Shown: piece by piece, positions 40,435 to 49,733 of the stretch
Layout: each line of letters starts with the position of its first letter
How positions within the stretch are numbered: the stretch's first letter is position 1
Assembly: GCA_963667255.1 (NCBI GenBank)
Contig: OY762940.1
Span: 1,312,001 to 1,376,000, forward strand
DNA length: 64,000 nt
Direction of reading: 5' to 3'
Origin: Candidatus Cloacimonadota bacterium
GTDB lineage: Bacteria > Cloacimonadota > Cloacimonadia > G963667145
Made by a program: the position numbers and the translations under genes
The notes under the pieces: generated by a model
Databases searched by the model: none
Seen by the model: the letters and a program-made list of their open reading frames with translations, nothing else
Told to the model about the DNA's origin: nothing

Positions 40435-42822
40435 TTATTTTTTTGTTACATAGTCAGCAATGTTGAATTTATCTTTTTCAGCAATTGCTTCCCAAACATT
40501 TTCAGCTTTTATAGGCAAATTAAGAAGTTCTATCCCCAAAGCATCTTTGAGTGCATTACCTATACCGGCAGCAACAGACACCATAGGTGGCTCTCCAATA
40601 CCTCTGGCACCATAAGGACCATCAAGTTGCGGAGTCTCTATCGGATAAAATTCCATCTCAAGAGGCATATCTTTGGAAGTAGGGATTTTGTTATCGGTGA
40701 AGTTAGGGTTCATCAAAACGCCTTTATCATTGTAGATGTAGCCTTCGCAAACACCTGTTCCCATTCCTTGGATAACAGCACCAAAAGTTTGACCTTTAGC
40801 ACAACCAAGATTGATAACCTTGCCCAAATCCATAGCAGTGGCAATCTTGCGGATAGTATATTCGCCTGATTCTGGGTCAGCTTCCACTATCACACCGTGA
40901 ACACCCATAGTCCAATCCAAAGCAGGATAGCCTTGTCCGGTAGTTTTTTCCAAGTTAGTAAGACCTTGAGCAATGTAGCTTCCCACACCAAACAAAGGAC
41001 CACCAATACCGTTTCCGTTAGGATAAGCATATCCAACAGACAGTTGTGCGAAAGTAACGAAAGATTTAGTGTGGTGTTTGATAAAAATTTTGCCGTCTTG
41101 GTGATCCAAGTCAACAACATCACATCTCAACACTTCAGCAGCAACCTTGTAAGCTTTAGCCAACAAATCATCAGCAGCTTTGATAGAAGCATTTCCACTC
41201 ATGAACAAACCTTTGGAAGCCACTGTTTGCCAATCGTATGGGTCGTGCTCAGTATCACAATAAAGTGTAACATTTACATCTTCATAAGGAATGCGAAGTC
41301 TCTCGGCAATCATTCCAGCCATAGCAGTGTAAGCACCTTGACCTATCTCGGTAAGAGTAAGGTTAGCGTTAACCGTTCCGTCTTCGTTCATTCTGATAGT
41401 AGTAGTAGAGCCAGTAAACGCAGGCATAGCAGGAGCTTTTTTGAATGTCACCATAGCTTTACCAATTTTCAAGCCTTTAGCCTCAGCAGCTTTTTCTTCA
41501 GCACTCAACTTACCATAACCGATAGCTTCCTTAACTGTCTCCATACATTTGCGGACATCACCAGAGTTAGCAGTAATCTCTTCGCCTGTAATAGTAGTAG
41601 AACCGGGTTTATACATATTCACTTTACGGAATTCATACGGGTCCATTTTCAATGCTTGTGCACATAAGTCCATATGCCTCTCAAGACCCCACGAAAACTC
41701 AACATGACCAAATCCTCTATAGGCTGTAGAATATGGCAAGTTGGTATAAACAGTGTAACCATCAAGCCAAGCATCAGGAATATGATAAGGACCGTTAGCT
41801 GAATAACCAGTCGCTCTAGTCACATTCACAGCATAATCGGCATAAGCTCCGGCATCCCAATAGAGAGTCATTTTTTGACCTAAAATCCTACCGTCCTTAG
41901 CAAGACCAGTTTTGATGTTATAAGTAAGACCAGTTCTTCTTGGCAACATATAAAACTCTTCTTCACGAGAAGCAACAAACTTAACAGGACGACCACCAGC
42001 TTTCTTGGAAAGGCAAGCCACGAGAGGCTCAATACCAACGCCAGCTTTACCACCAAATCCACCACCAACATTAGGAATGGTAACTTTGATTTTTGAATGA
42101 GGCAAATTAAAAGAGTTAGCCATCAAATTCCTAACAGTGAAAGCAGATTGAGCGGAAGACCAAATCTGAATATTGTCGTTGGTTTTCCATTGAACGATAG
42201 CAGCGTGAGTTTCCATCGGCACATGTTGCACTGCAGGATTAGTATATTCTCGTTCTACTATCAAGTCGGAATTTGCAAAAGCCTTGTCAACATCACCCTT
42301 TCTTGTTTTGGTGTGATTTGCGATATTAGTTCCCGGTTGAGGAGTAAAGCAAGGCTCAAAATAATCGTATTTGCCCAAATCAGGATGGATAACAGGAGCA
42401 TCTTTTTTGAGAGCGTCTTTAACATTCAGGACAGGTGTCAACTCTTTGTATTCAACTTCGATAAGGTCAATAGCTTTTTGAGCAGTCTTCAAATCATCCG
42501 CAGCTACAGCTGCTACAGCCTCGCCATAGTGTCTAACAAAATCTTTGGCAATAACATCTTTATCTACCAAGTAGAGACCAATTTTGTAACTCAGCTCTTT
42601 ACCGGTCAAAATGCCTCTTACTCCAGGCAAAGCCTCAGCTTTGCTCGTGTCTATTTTCAAAATCTTTGCACTTGCATAAGGACTAACTTTTACCAAGCCA
42701 TGAAGCATACCCGGAACTACCATATCGGTAACATAAAGAGCCTCGCCAGAAATCTTGGCAACGGTGTCTTTACGCGGGATATTTTTACCTACATACTTGA
42801 GATTTTTATCATTTTCGTACAT
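40435..42822 (-). CDS. Xanthine-dehydrogenase-family molybdopterin subunit
   Basis: QHVPMETH, GGGFGGK, YRGFG, EIGQG, GARGIGE. Confidence 0.92.
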   Translation of the reverse strand: MYENDKNLKYVGKNIPRKDTVAKISGEALYVTDMVVPGMLHGLVKVSPYASAKILKIDTSKAEALPGVRGILTGKELSYKIGLYLVDKDVIAKDFVRHYGEAVAAVAADDLKTAQKAIDLIEVEYKELTPVLNVKDALKKDAPVIHPDLGKYDYFEPCFTPQPGTNIANHTKTRKGDVDKAFANSDLIVEREYTNPAVQHVPMETHAAIVQWKTNDNIQIWSSAQSAFTVRNLMANSFNLPHSKIKVTIPNVGGGFGGKAGVGIEPLVACLSKKAGGRPVKFVASREEEFYMLPRRTGLTYNIKTGLAKDGRILGQKMTLYWDAGAYADYAVNVTRATGYSANGPYHIPDAWLDGYTVYTNLPYSTAYRGFGHVEFSWGLERHMDLCAQALKMDPYEFRKVNMYKPGSTTITGEEITANSGDVRKCMETVKEAIGYGKLSAEEKAAEAKGLKIGKAMVTFKKAPAMPAFTGSTTTIRMNEDGTVNANLTLTEIGQGAYTAMAGMIAERLRIPYEDVNVTLYCDTEHDPYDWQTVASKGLFMSGNASIKAADDLLAKAYKVAAEVLRCDVVDLDHQDGKIFIKHHTKSFVTFAQLSVGYAYPNGNGIGGPLFGVGSYIAQGLTNLEKTTGQGYPALDWTMGVHGVIVEADPESGEYTIRKIATAMDLGKVINLGCAKGQTFGAVIQGMGTGVCEGYIYNDKGVLMNPNFTDNKIPTSKDMPLEMEFYPIETPQLDGPYGARGIGEPPMVSVAAGIGNALKDALGIELLNLPIKAENVWEAIAEKDKFNIADYVTKK

Positions 42823-42841
42823 AACAATATTCTCCCTTTTC

Positions 42842-43309
42842 CTATTTATCCAACTGTCCAGTTACATCCAAAACAGCGTCTATAATTTGACTATATCCGG
42901 TACAACGACAGAAGTTTCCTTCAATTTGTTCCTTAATTTGGTCAACAGACGGCTTTGAATTACGAAGCAAAAGCTCTTTTACAGACATTATCATTCCGGC
43001 TGTGCAATATCCACATTGAACAGCTTGATGCTTTTGGAAAGCCTTTTGCAACTCAGACAATTCCCCGTTTTTAGACTCATTTTCCAAAGTAATAATCTCA
43101 GCACCATCAGCCTCAGCAGCGAAAACAAGACATGCATTAACAACTCTGCCATTCATAAAAATAGTGCAAGCTCCGCACTCCCCAGCACCACAACCCTCTT
43201 TGGCAGCAGTAAACCCAAGATCTTCTCTCAAAAAGTGCAATAGAATGCGACTATCGGCTACATCTTTGGTATATAAATCACCATTAATTTTTACAGAAAT
43301 AGTTTTCAT
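42842..43309 (-). CDS. Mo-hydroxylase 2x[2Fe-2S] subunit
   Basis: KEGCGAGECGACT, QCGYC, GNFCRCTGY. Confidence 0.95.
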   Translation of the reverse strand: MKTISVKINGDLYTKDVADSRILLHFLREDLGFTAAKEGCGAGECGACTIFMNGRVVNACLVFAAEADGAEIITLENESKNGELSELQKAFQKHQAVQCGYCTAGMIMSVKELLLRNSKPSVDQIKEQIEGNFCRCTGYSQIIDAVLDVTGQLDK

Positions 43310-44118
43310 TATGCAATCTCCTTCATAATATCTTTAGCATATTTCTTAGCCATAAACATCCTATACTCTTTGCTACAACGAACATCATCAATAGGAGATA
43401 TTTTACTTGAGATTTCATCCAACACCTTATCAGCCTTGGTATCAGCAGAATATTTGCCAACCAACACGGGTGTCGGAGCAGCAGCATTCACTGACACAGC
43501 AAGGAAATCTTTACCTTTGGCAATAGCCACACCAAGCAAAGACAAGTCGTGTCCTTTAATTCTGGTAAGTTTCTTATAATCGCCTTTAGCATTTGCACTG
43601 CTTGCAGGCACGATAATCTCTTTAGCCCACTCATTAGGTGTAATCACGGTCTTCTTAACGCCAGTGAAAAAATCTTTCAAAGGAACAACTCTTTCGCCTT
43701 TCTTGCTAACCAATTTAATAGAGGCATCCAAAACCAAGAACACAGGAGGCAAATCACCAGATGGAGAGGCATTAACCACATTACCTATAACAGTAGCCCT
43801 GTTACGAAGTTGATGAGAAGCCAAAGCATGACACGCATTAGCCAAAATAGGATATTTCTCTTTCACAACTTTGTTTTCCAACAGCTCGTTAACGGTAGCA
43901 CCTGCACCAATAACCAACCCTTTATCAGAAAATTCAATCTTATTGCAACCGGCTATTTTTTTAAAGTCGATAACAGCAGCAGGCTTTTTGAGCCCTGCCC
44001 TCATGTTCACTATCAAATCCGTTCCACCGCCCAAAATAACTGCATCATTAATATCGGCTAAAAGATTCAAAAGTTCACTTTCTGATTTTGGGGCATAATA
44101 ATCAAAATCAAACTTCAT
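43309..44118 (-). CDS. Mo-hydroxylase FAD subunit
   Basis: GGGTDL, QLRNRATVIGN..NASP, PIDDVRCSKEYR. Confidence 0.93.
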   Translation of the reverse strand: MKFDFDYYAPKSESELLNLLADINDAVILGGGTDLIVNMRAGLKKPAAVIDFKKIAGCNKIEFSDKGLVIGAGATVNELLENKVVKEKYPILANACHALASHQLRNRATVIGNVVNASPSGDLPPVFLVLDASIKLVSKKGERVVPLKDFFTGVKKTVITPNEWAKEIIVPASSANAKGDYKKLTRIKGHDLSLLGVAIAKGKDFLAVSVNAAAPTPVLVGKYSADTKADKVLDEISSKISPIDDVRCSKEYRMFMAKKYAKDIMKEIA

Positions 44119-44149
44119 TACTAACTCCTAATTTTTAATTTAAACTCAA

Positions 44150-45694
44150 TTAAAGCGGAATATTACCATGCTTTTTAGCAGGCAACTCAGCTTTTTTGTT
44201 TGCTAATTGCTCCAAAGTTTTGATAAGATAGTGTCTTGTATCAGCAGGAAGAATAACTCCATCAATATAAGATTTGGAAGCTGCATCATAAGGATTGGCA
44301 AACATCTCTTGATATTCTGCTTCTTTCTCAGCCAAGAACGCTTTAGGATCTTCTTGATCCTTGGAAGCTCTTCTAAATAAAATTTCCACAGCTCCCTTAG
44401 AACCCATAACAGCAATCTCGGCAGAAGGCCAAGCAATCACTCTGTCGGCATAAAGATGGCGAGAATTCATCACGATATACGCTCCACCATAAGCCTTTCG
44501 CAAAATAAGTGTGATTTTGGGAACAGTAGCCTCAGAGAACGCATACATCAGCTTAGCACCATTTCTGATAATGCCATTATGCTCTTGTGTAGAGCCTGGC
44601 ATAAATCCCGGAACATCCTCAAAAACTACAAGCGGGATATTAAAGCTATCGCAGAATCTCACAAATCTAGCAGCTTTTACAGATGCGTTGATATCCAAGC
44701 AACCAGCCAAGAATGCAGGTTGGTTAGCCACGATGCCAACTGTTTTCCCATTCATACGAGCGTAACCGATAACTATATTTCTTGCGTAATCTTTGGAAAC
44801 CTCAAAAAACTCACCTTCGTCAACAATTTCAGTTATAACATCTTTGATGTCATAACCTTTATTGATGTTATCGGGGATAATATCCTCAAGACCAACATTT
44901 TCCCTATCAATTGGGTCAGTGCATTCATACTCTGGAGGATTATCCTCAAAGCTGGAAGGAATATAGCTAAGCAAATACTTGATATGGTCCAAAGTATCTT
45001 GCTCCCCTTCTCCTTTGAAATGAGCAACACCAGATTTTTGCATATGAACATCGGCTCCACCCAAATTTTCGGTAGTAATATCTTCAAAAAGGACAGTTTT
45101 TACAACTTTAGGACCTGTAATAAACATAAAAGAATTTTCGTTGTTCATGAGGACAAAGTCGGTAATAGCCGGAGAATAAACGGCTCCACCTGCACACGGA
45201 CCCAAAATCGCTGAAATCTGAGGAATTACTCCGGAAGCCATTACATTGCGAACAAAAATTTCGCCAAAACCGGCCAAAGAATCAATACCTTCTTGCACTC
45301 TGGCTCCACCAGAATCCAATAGACCTATTACCGGTGCTCCAACCTTCATAGCCTCGTCCATAACCTTACAAATTTTGTCGGCATGAACCTTAGATAAAGA
45401 CCCACCGTTTACGGTAAAATCTTGTGCAAACAAATAAACGAGACGACCATCTATTTCCCCTGAACCTGTAACAACGCTATCCCCAATAGTCTTGTCATTC
45501 TCCATTCCAAAATTGTGACAATTATGTGTCACAAACATATCCATTTCGGAAAAACTACCCTCGTCCAAAAGATAGTCTATACGCTCTCTCGCTGTCCACT
45601 TACCTTTCTCATGTTGATCATCAATTCTTTTTTGACCACCACCAAGGTGTGCTTGAGCAATTTTCTCTTGTAAAGCCTGGATTTTTTCTTTCAT
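44150..45694 (-). CDS. Acyl-CoA carboxyltransferase (MmdA/PccB-like)
   Basis: [58 protein letters not shown]. Confidence 0.93.
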   Translation of the reverse strand: MKEKIQALQEKIAQAHLGGGQKRIDDQHEKGKWTARERIDYLLDEGSFSEMDMFVTHNCHNFGMENDKTIGDSVVTGSGEIDGRLVYLFAQDFTVNGGSLSKVHADKICKVMDEAMKVGAPVIGLLDSGGARVQEGIDSLAGFGEIFVRNVMASGVIPQISAILGPCAGGAVYSPAITDFVLMNNENSFMFITGPKVVKTVLFEDITTENLGGADVHMQKSGVAHFKGEGEQDTLDHIKYLLSYIPSSFEDNPPEYECTDPIDRENVGLEDIIPDNINKGYDIKDVITEIVDEGEFFEVSKDYARNIVIGYARMNGKTVGIVANQPAFLAGCLDINASVKAARFVRFCDSFNIPLVVFEDVPGFMPGSTQEHNGIIRNGAKLMYAFSEATVPKITLILRKAYGGAYIVMNSRHLYADRVIAWPSAEIAVMGSKGAVEILFRRASKDQEDPKAFLAEKEAEYQEMFANPYDAASKSYIDGVILPADTRHYLIKTLEQLANKKAELPAKKHGNIPL

Positions 45695-45880
45695 TATTTT
45701 ACTCCTGAATAAATTGAATCTATTCTAAGCTCCCAACTCTCCAACCACAAGCCATATGTTTCTCAAATCCAGAAAAGAGATAACAACAAGCCTCGCTCAT
45801 TTCCAATGCCCATAGAGCAAACACCCAAACCATCTTAGCTCCACCTTTTCAGTCAATAAATTTTTAGGTTTTTTTAGAAT

Positions 45881-45906
45881 TTAATTGTTAAATTAATGAC
45901 AATTAA
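45881..45906. promoter_or_regulatory. Palindromic operator with Rex-like core
   Basis: TTAATTGT-N10-ACAATTAA; core TTGTTAAATTAATGACAA vs TTGTTAAnnnnTTAACAA, 2 mismatches. Confidence 0.45.
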
Positions 45907-45966
45907 TTTTGCTTTCTCTCCTTTTCTCAATAAAATACACACATTGTAAAAAATTGTAGAAATAAC

Positions 45967-45997
45967 AAAAGCTATCCCAAATTTTGAGATAGCTTTT
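45967..45997 (-). terminator. Intrinsic terminator after second Mo-hydroxylase
   Basis: AAAAGCTATC/GATAGCTTTT stem. Confidence 0.75.
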
Positions 45998-46006
45998 AGT
46001 CAAAAT

Positions 46007-48343
46007 TTACCTATTTTTCATTCCCAACAAAATCTTTTCGGGGAAAAGTGGAAGAGTTTTTATTCGCACTCCTGTTGCTTTGTAAATTGCATTGGCAATC
46101 GCTGCCATAGGTGTATCCACTCCGATTTCTCCTATGGATTTTGCTCCGTAAGGACCTGTCGGGTCGTAAGATTCGGCAAACTCAACGGTAATTTTGGGCA
46201 CTTCCTTTCTGGCTGGCAATTTGTAGTTGAAAAGATTATTGGTAATCATCTGTCCACCTGCGGAATAAACCACATCTTCGTAGCAAGCCATTCCTATTCC
46301 TTGCACCAGTCCGCCCTCGCCTTGCACTTGCACCAAAGACGGATTGATAATTCCTCCGCAATCGATAGTCGCAAAATAATCATTTATGTTATAATGACCA
46401 GTAGATTTATCTATCGTAATATCAGCAATAGCAACCATATACGGCGGAGGTGAAACCTCTGGCACAAAAGACTCGCAAACCATCAATTGCTCTTGACCAC
46501 CACACATTTTGTAGAACATATCCGAACTAAACTCTTCGATGGAAATCGAATTTTTGCCGTCAGCCGACTTGATGAATTGTCCGTCAAACTCCACATTTTT
46601 CGGCTCAATATTCCATAAAGATGCGACTTTACTTTCGATTTTCGCTTTCATAGCTTTAGCAGCTTTGATGACCGCATTGCCGGTAACATAAGTGGTTTTG
46701 GAAGCATAAGCTCCCGGGTCAAAAGGAGTTGTGTCCGTATCGGAAGAGTAAACGATTATTTTGGAAACATCAACATTCAAAACATCGGCGGCAATTTGGC
46801 TCAAAATCGTGTCCGAGCCTTGCCCGATTTCCGTAGCACCGATGAGAAGATTGAAAAATCCGTCGTCATTCAATTTGAGAACCGCCGAAGCCATATCGAT
46901 ATCTTGAATGCCCGAACCTTGCATGGCAATCGCCATTCCTTGAGCTCGCACCTTGTTATCGCCAAGGTCAATCACCTGACTTTCATCGTTCCACTTAGCA
47001 AGCTCTTTGGTCCTTTTCATGCAATAATCAAGTTTACAAGACTCAATATTCATCGCTTTGCCTTCCGTTCCTTCTCCCATCAGTTTGAACAAAGGCGAAG
47101 TTTGTCCCTCTTTTATCATATTGATTTCACGGATTTTAGCTGGAGAAACTCCGACTTTTTCCGCCAAAATATCCATCATAGATTCCAAAGCAAAATTGCC
47201 TTGCATCGCTCCATAACCGCGATAAGCTCCGCCTGGAGTTTTGTTTGTATAGACAACCTTTCCGCCAAATTTAACCGCTTTGCTTTGCCCTTCCACGATA
47301 TAAAGAGGCAAGGTTTTCCCACCGGCAAGCATAAACACGGTGAGAGCATGTTCGCCGTAAGCTCCTGTATTGGACAAAACATTCATATCTATGGCATTGA
47401 TAGAGCCGTCTTTATTCGCTCCAATTTTCACCTTAATTCGCATTTGATGTCGCGAGAATGTGGACTCAAAAACCTCTTTTCTGCTAAAATTGCAAATTGC
47501 GGATTTTCCTGTTCTGAGAGTGGTGAGGCATGCAAGCATTTCGCCGTGAATTTGTTGTTTTCCGCCATAGCCTCCGCCAACTTTGGGTTTGTGGACTCTT
47601 ATCCGAGAGCGGTCAAATCCCAAGGCTTTGGAGATAATCCGTCTGATATGATGAGGAACTTGGGTGGAACTGATGACATTGAGCCGCTCATGTCCGTCCA
47701 TATAAGTGTAGCAATTGTGGGTCTCGGCACAATAGTGAGCCTGTGCTTGAGTGTAAAAAGTGTCTTCGACAACTATCTCGCTTTTGGACATTTCCAAATC
47801 GGTATCGCCATCTTCGCAAGAGTAAGAACAAGCCAAATTGTTTTTGGGGTCAAAGCCTATGGGAAACATCTCGTGAGCTTCCGGCTCAGGGTGAATAACA
47901 CTTTTATGACCTTCTGCTTTTTCAAAATCAAGAACCGGCTCCAGCACCTCAAACTCCACTTTGATAGCTTTGATAGCCTCTTTCGCCGTTCTGGCATCTA
48001 CAGCCGCCACCGCCAACACCTCATCGCCCACATATCTAACATATTCGTCCAAGATAAATTTATCGTGAGGAGACGGCTCAGGGAAGCCTTGCCCTGCACG
48101 AGTGTAAATGGTTCTGGGGACATCGGCATCCAAATGAGTGATGATTGTTGCCACACCTTCCATCTTTTCCGCAACAGATTTATTGATAGATTTTATCCGT
48201 GCAAAAGGATGAGGCGACCTCATAATCTTGACCACCAAAGCATCGGGATCTCGCATCGCCATATCGTTGGTATAGAGAGGTTTACCTTTTATCATTCCTT
48301 CGCCGTCTTTTTTGGGAACGGCAATTCCGACAACTTTACTCAT
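46007..48343 (-). CDS. Second Mo-hydroxylase large subunit, XdhD-like
   Basis: GGGYGGKQ, YRGYG, EIGQGS, GAYAS, GAKSIGEIG; ATG 48343 overlaps the upstream TGA. Confidence 0.88.
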   Translation of the reverse strand: MSKVVGIAVPKKDGEGMIKGKPLYTNDMAMRDPDALVVKIMRSPHPFARIKSINKSVAEKMEGVATIITHLDADVPRTIYTRAGQGFPEPSPHDKFILDEYVRYVGDEVLAVAAVDARTAKEAIKAIKVEFEVLEPVLDFEKAEGHKSVIHPEPEAHEMFPIGFDPKNNLACSYSCEDGDTDLEMSKSEIVVEDTFYTQAQAHYCAETHNCYTYMDGHERLNVISSTQVPHHIRRIISKALGFDRSRIRVHKPKVGGGYGGKQQIHGEMLACLTTLRTGKSAICNFSRKEVFESTFSRHQMRIKVKIGANKDGSINAIDMNVLSNTGAYGEHALTVFMLAGGKTLPLYIVEGQSKAVKFGGKVVYTNKTPGGAYRGYGAMQGNFALESMMDILAEKVGVSPAKIREINMIKEGQTSPLFKLMGEGTEGKAMNIESCKLDYCMKRTKELAKWNDESQVIDLGDNKVRAQGMAIAMQGSGIQDIDMASAVLKLNDDGFFNLLIGATEIGQGSDTILSQIAADVLNVDVSKIIVYSSDTDTTPFDPGAYASKTTYVTGNAVIKAAKAMKAKIESKVASLWNIEPKNVEFDGQFIKSADGKNSISIEEFSSDMFYKMCGGQEQLMVCESFVPEVSPPPYMVAIADITIDKSTGHYNINDYFATIDCGGIINPSLVQVQGEGGLVQGIGMACYEDVVYSAGGQMITNNLFNYKLPARKEVPKITVEFAESYDPTGPYGAKSIGEIGVDTPMAAIANAIYKATGVRIKTLPLFPEKILLGMKNR

Positions 48344-48795
48344 TTCAAACCTCCCAAAAATGTTTTTATGGCTCGCATTTGGCTCATATAACCTGAACAA
48401 CGACAAACATTTCCGTTGATATAATGTCTGATTTGCTCATCGCTCAAATCCGTTCCAAGCTCTTTTATCATCGCATAAACGGTCACCGCCAAAGCAGAAT
48501 CACAATATCCGCATTGGATAGCACCCTCTTGGTTCATCGCTTTAAAAAACTCCGCCACTTCGTCTTTGATGCCCTCAACTGTGGTAATCGCTTTCCCTTG
48601 AGCACGAGCAGCCAAAAACGAACAGGAAAGAATCGGCTTGCCGTCCAACAAAACCGTGCACATAGCACAAGAAGAGGAGTCGCAACTTCTTTTCACACTG
48701 GCAATGCCGTTATTTCGCAAAACATCTAAAAGATATTCGTCTTCTTTTATGAGGTAAGATTTCGGCTCTCCATTCAAAATAAGGTCTAATTTCAT
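48340..48795 (-). CDS. Mo-hydroxylase [2Fe-2S] subunit
   Basis: SCDSSSCAMCT, QCGYC, GNVCRCSGY. Confidence 0.92.
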   Translation of the reverse strand: MKLDLILNGEPKSYLIKEDEYLLDVLRNNGIASVKRSCDSSSCAMCTVLLDGKPILSCSFLAARAQGKAITTVEGIKDEVAEFFKAMNQEGAIQCGYCDSALAVTVYAMIKELGTDLSDEQIRHYINGNVCRCSGYMSQMRAIKTFLGGLK

Positions 48796-49562
48796 TTGCT
48801 CACCTCCAAAATTGCTTTTTCTATCAAACTGCCTGCAAGTGCCTTGCGATACTCTCCGCTACCTCTGACATCTTTGCCAAACTGAATTTCCTCCACCGCA
48901 ACTTTGGCAGCAGTCAAAATATCTCCGCTCTCGGCAAATTTCTTTTCAGCCAACTTTGCTCGAACGGCAATTTGCGGTCTGGCACCCACACTAATATTTA
49001 TCTCTTTGCCTTTTTTGGCAGTGCAAACATTCAAAACCGCAATGTCCAGCGAAGTGTGTTGCAAAAGCTGAAAACTGACTTTATCAAAATTATCCTCGAC
49101 AACAATCTTTTCCAACAACTCTTTTTCAACCTTATTTTCAATAAAATCCAGCAGAGAAACGATTTTTCCTGAAGCAAAAACCAGTTTGGCATCCAAGCCC
49201 AACAAAACAGTAATCAAATTGGAAAATCCGTGTTTTGCCATAACTGCTCCGCCGATAGTCGCCAAGTTTCTAAACTGAACTCCCAAAATATGGGAAGCGG
49301 CAATGCTCAAAGCACCATCAAAATAGCTTGCGGTCTCCAACTCAATTTTTCGCAAAGGAGTAGTTGCTCCTATCTCCACACTATCACCGTTTTTTTTGAT
49401 AAAGTCCAATCCTAACTCGGACAAATCCACGACTTTTCGGCATTTGGCTTTTGCAAGTCGCAAAAAAAGTCCACCAGAAACAGGAACACTGCCAACTTCA
49501 GTCAGCAATTCACAAGCCTCCGACAGACTCTTTGGGATTGCAATTTCTTCGAATCTAAACAT
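48792..49562 (-). CDS. Mo-hydroxylase FAD subunit, YgfM-like
   Basis: VDLSELGLDFI, IGATT, QFRNLATIGG, DVRGSGEYR. Confidence 0.85.
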   Translation of the reverse strand: MFRFEEIAIPKSLSEACELLTEVGSVPVSGGLFLRLAKAKCRKVVDLSELGLDFIKKNGDSVEIGATTPLRKIELETASYFDGALSIAASHILGVQFRNLATIGGAVMAKHGFSNLITVLLGLDAKLVFASGKIVSLLDFIENKVEKELLEKIVVEDNFDKVSFQLLQHTSLDIAVLNVCTAKKGKEINISVGARPQIAVRAKLAEKKFAESGDILTAAKVAVEEIQFGKDVRGSGEYRKALAGSLIEKAILEVSK

Positions 49563-49650
49563 TCAATCCTCCAAAAAAATTTAATATGTTGTATCTCTAC
49601 GATTGCTTAAAATTTATGTCAAACTCTTTTGTGACCTTTTGTTATTAAAT

Positions 49651-49686
49651 AAAAAAGCATCAGGTCAAATCAGACCTAATGCTTTT
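49651..49686 (-). terminator. Intrinsic terminator after thiolase
   Basis: AAAGCATCAGGTC/GACCTAATGCTTT. Confidence 0.7.
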
Positions 49687-49733
49687 ATAATTTTCTAAGT
49701 AAAACTAACTATCAATTTAGATTTTCAGTTCTC

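Noticed and set aside
35409..44118. Reading the operon as standard xanthine/allantoin degradation
   Set aside because: No allantoinase, allantoate amidohydrolase or ureidoglycolate dehydrogenase in the window; pyrimidine-type permease; Mo subunit lacks the GGKE Glu. Disfavoured, not excluded.
45720..45833. 37-aa minus-strand ORF (MVWVFALWALEM...) with GGAG, possible leader peptide
   Set aside because: No recognisable features, and its start lies upstream of the TSS implied by the nearby TTGACT; probably chance.
40435..49562. Selenocysteine recoding in the Mo-hydroxylases
   Set aside because: All subunits appear full length with no in-frame TGA.
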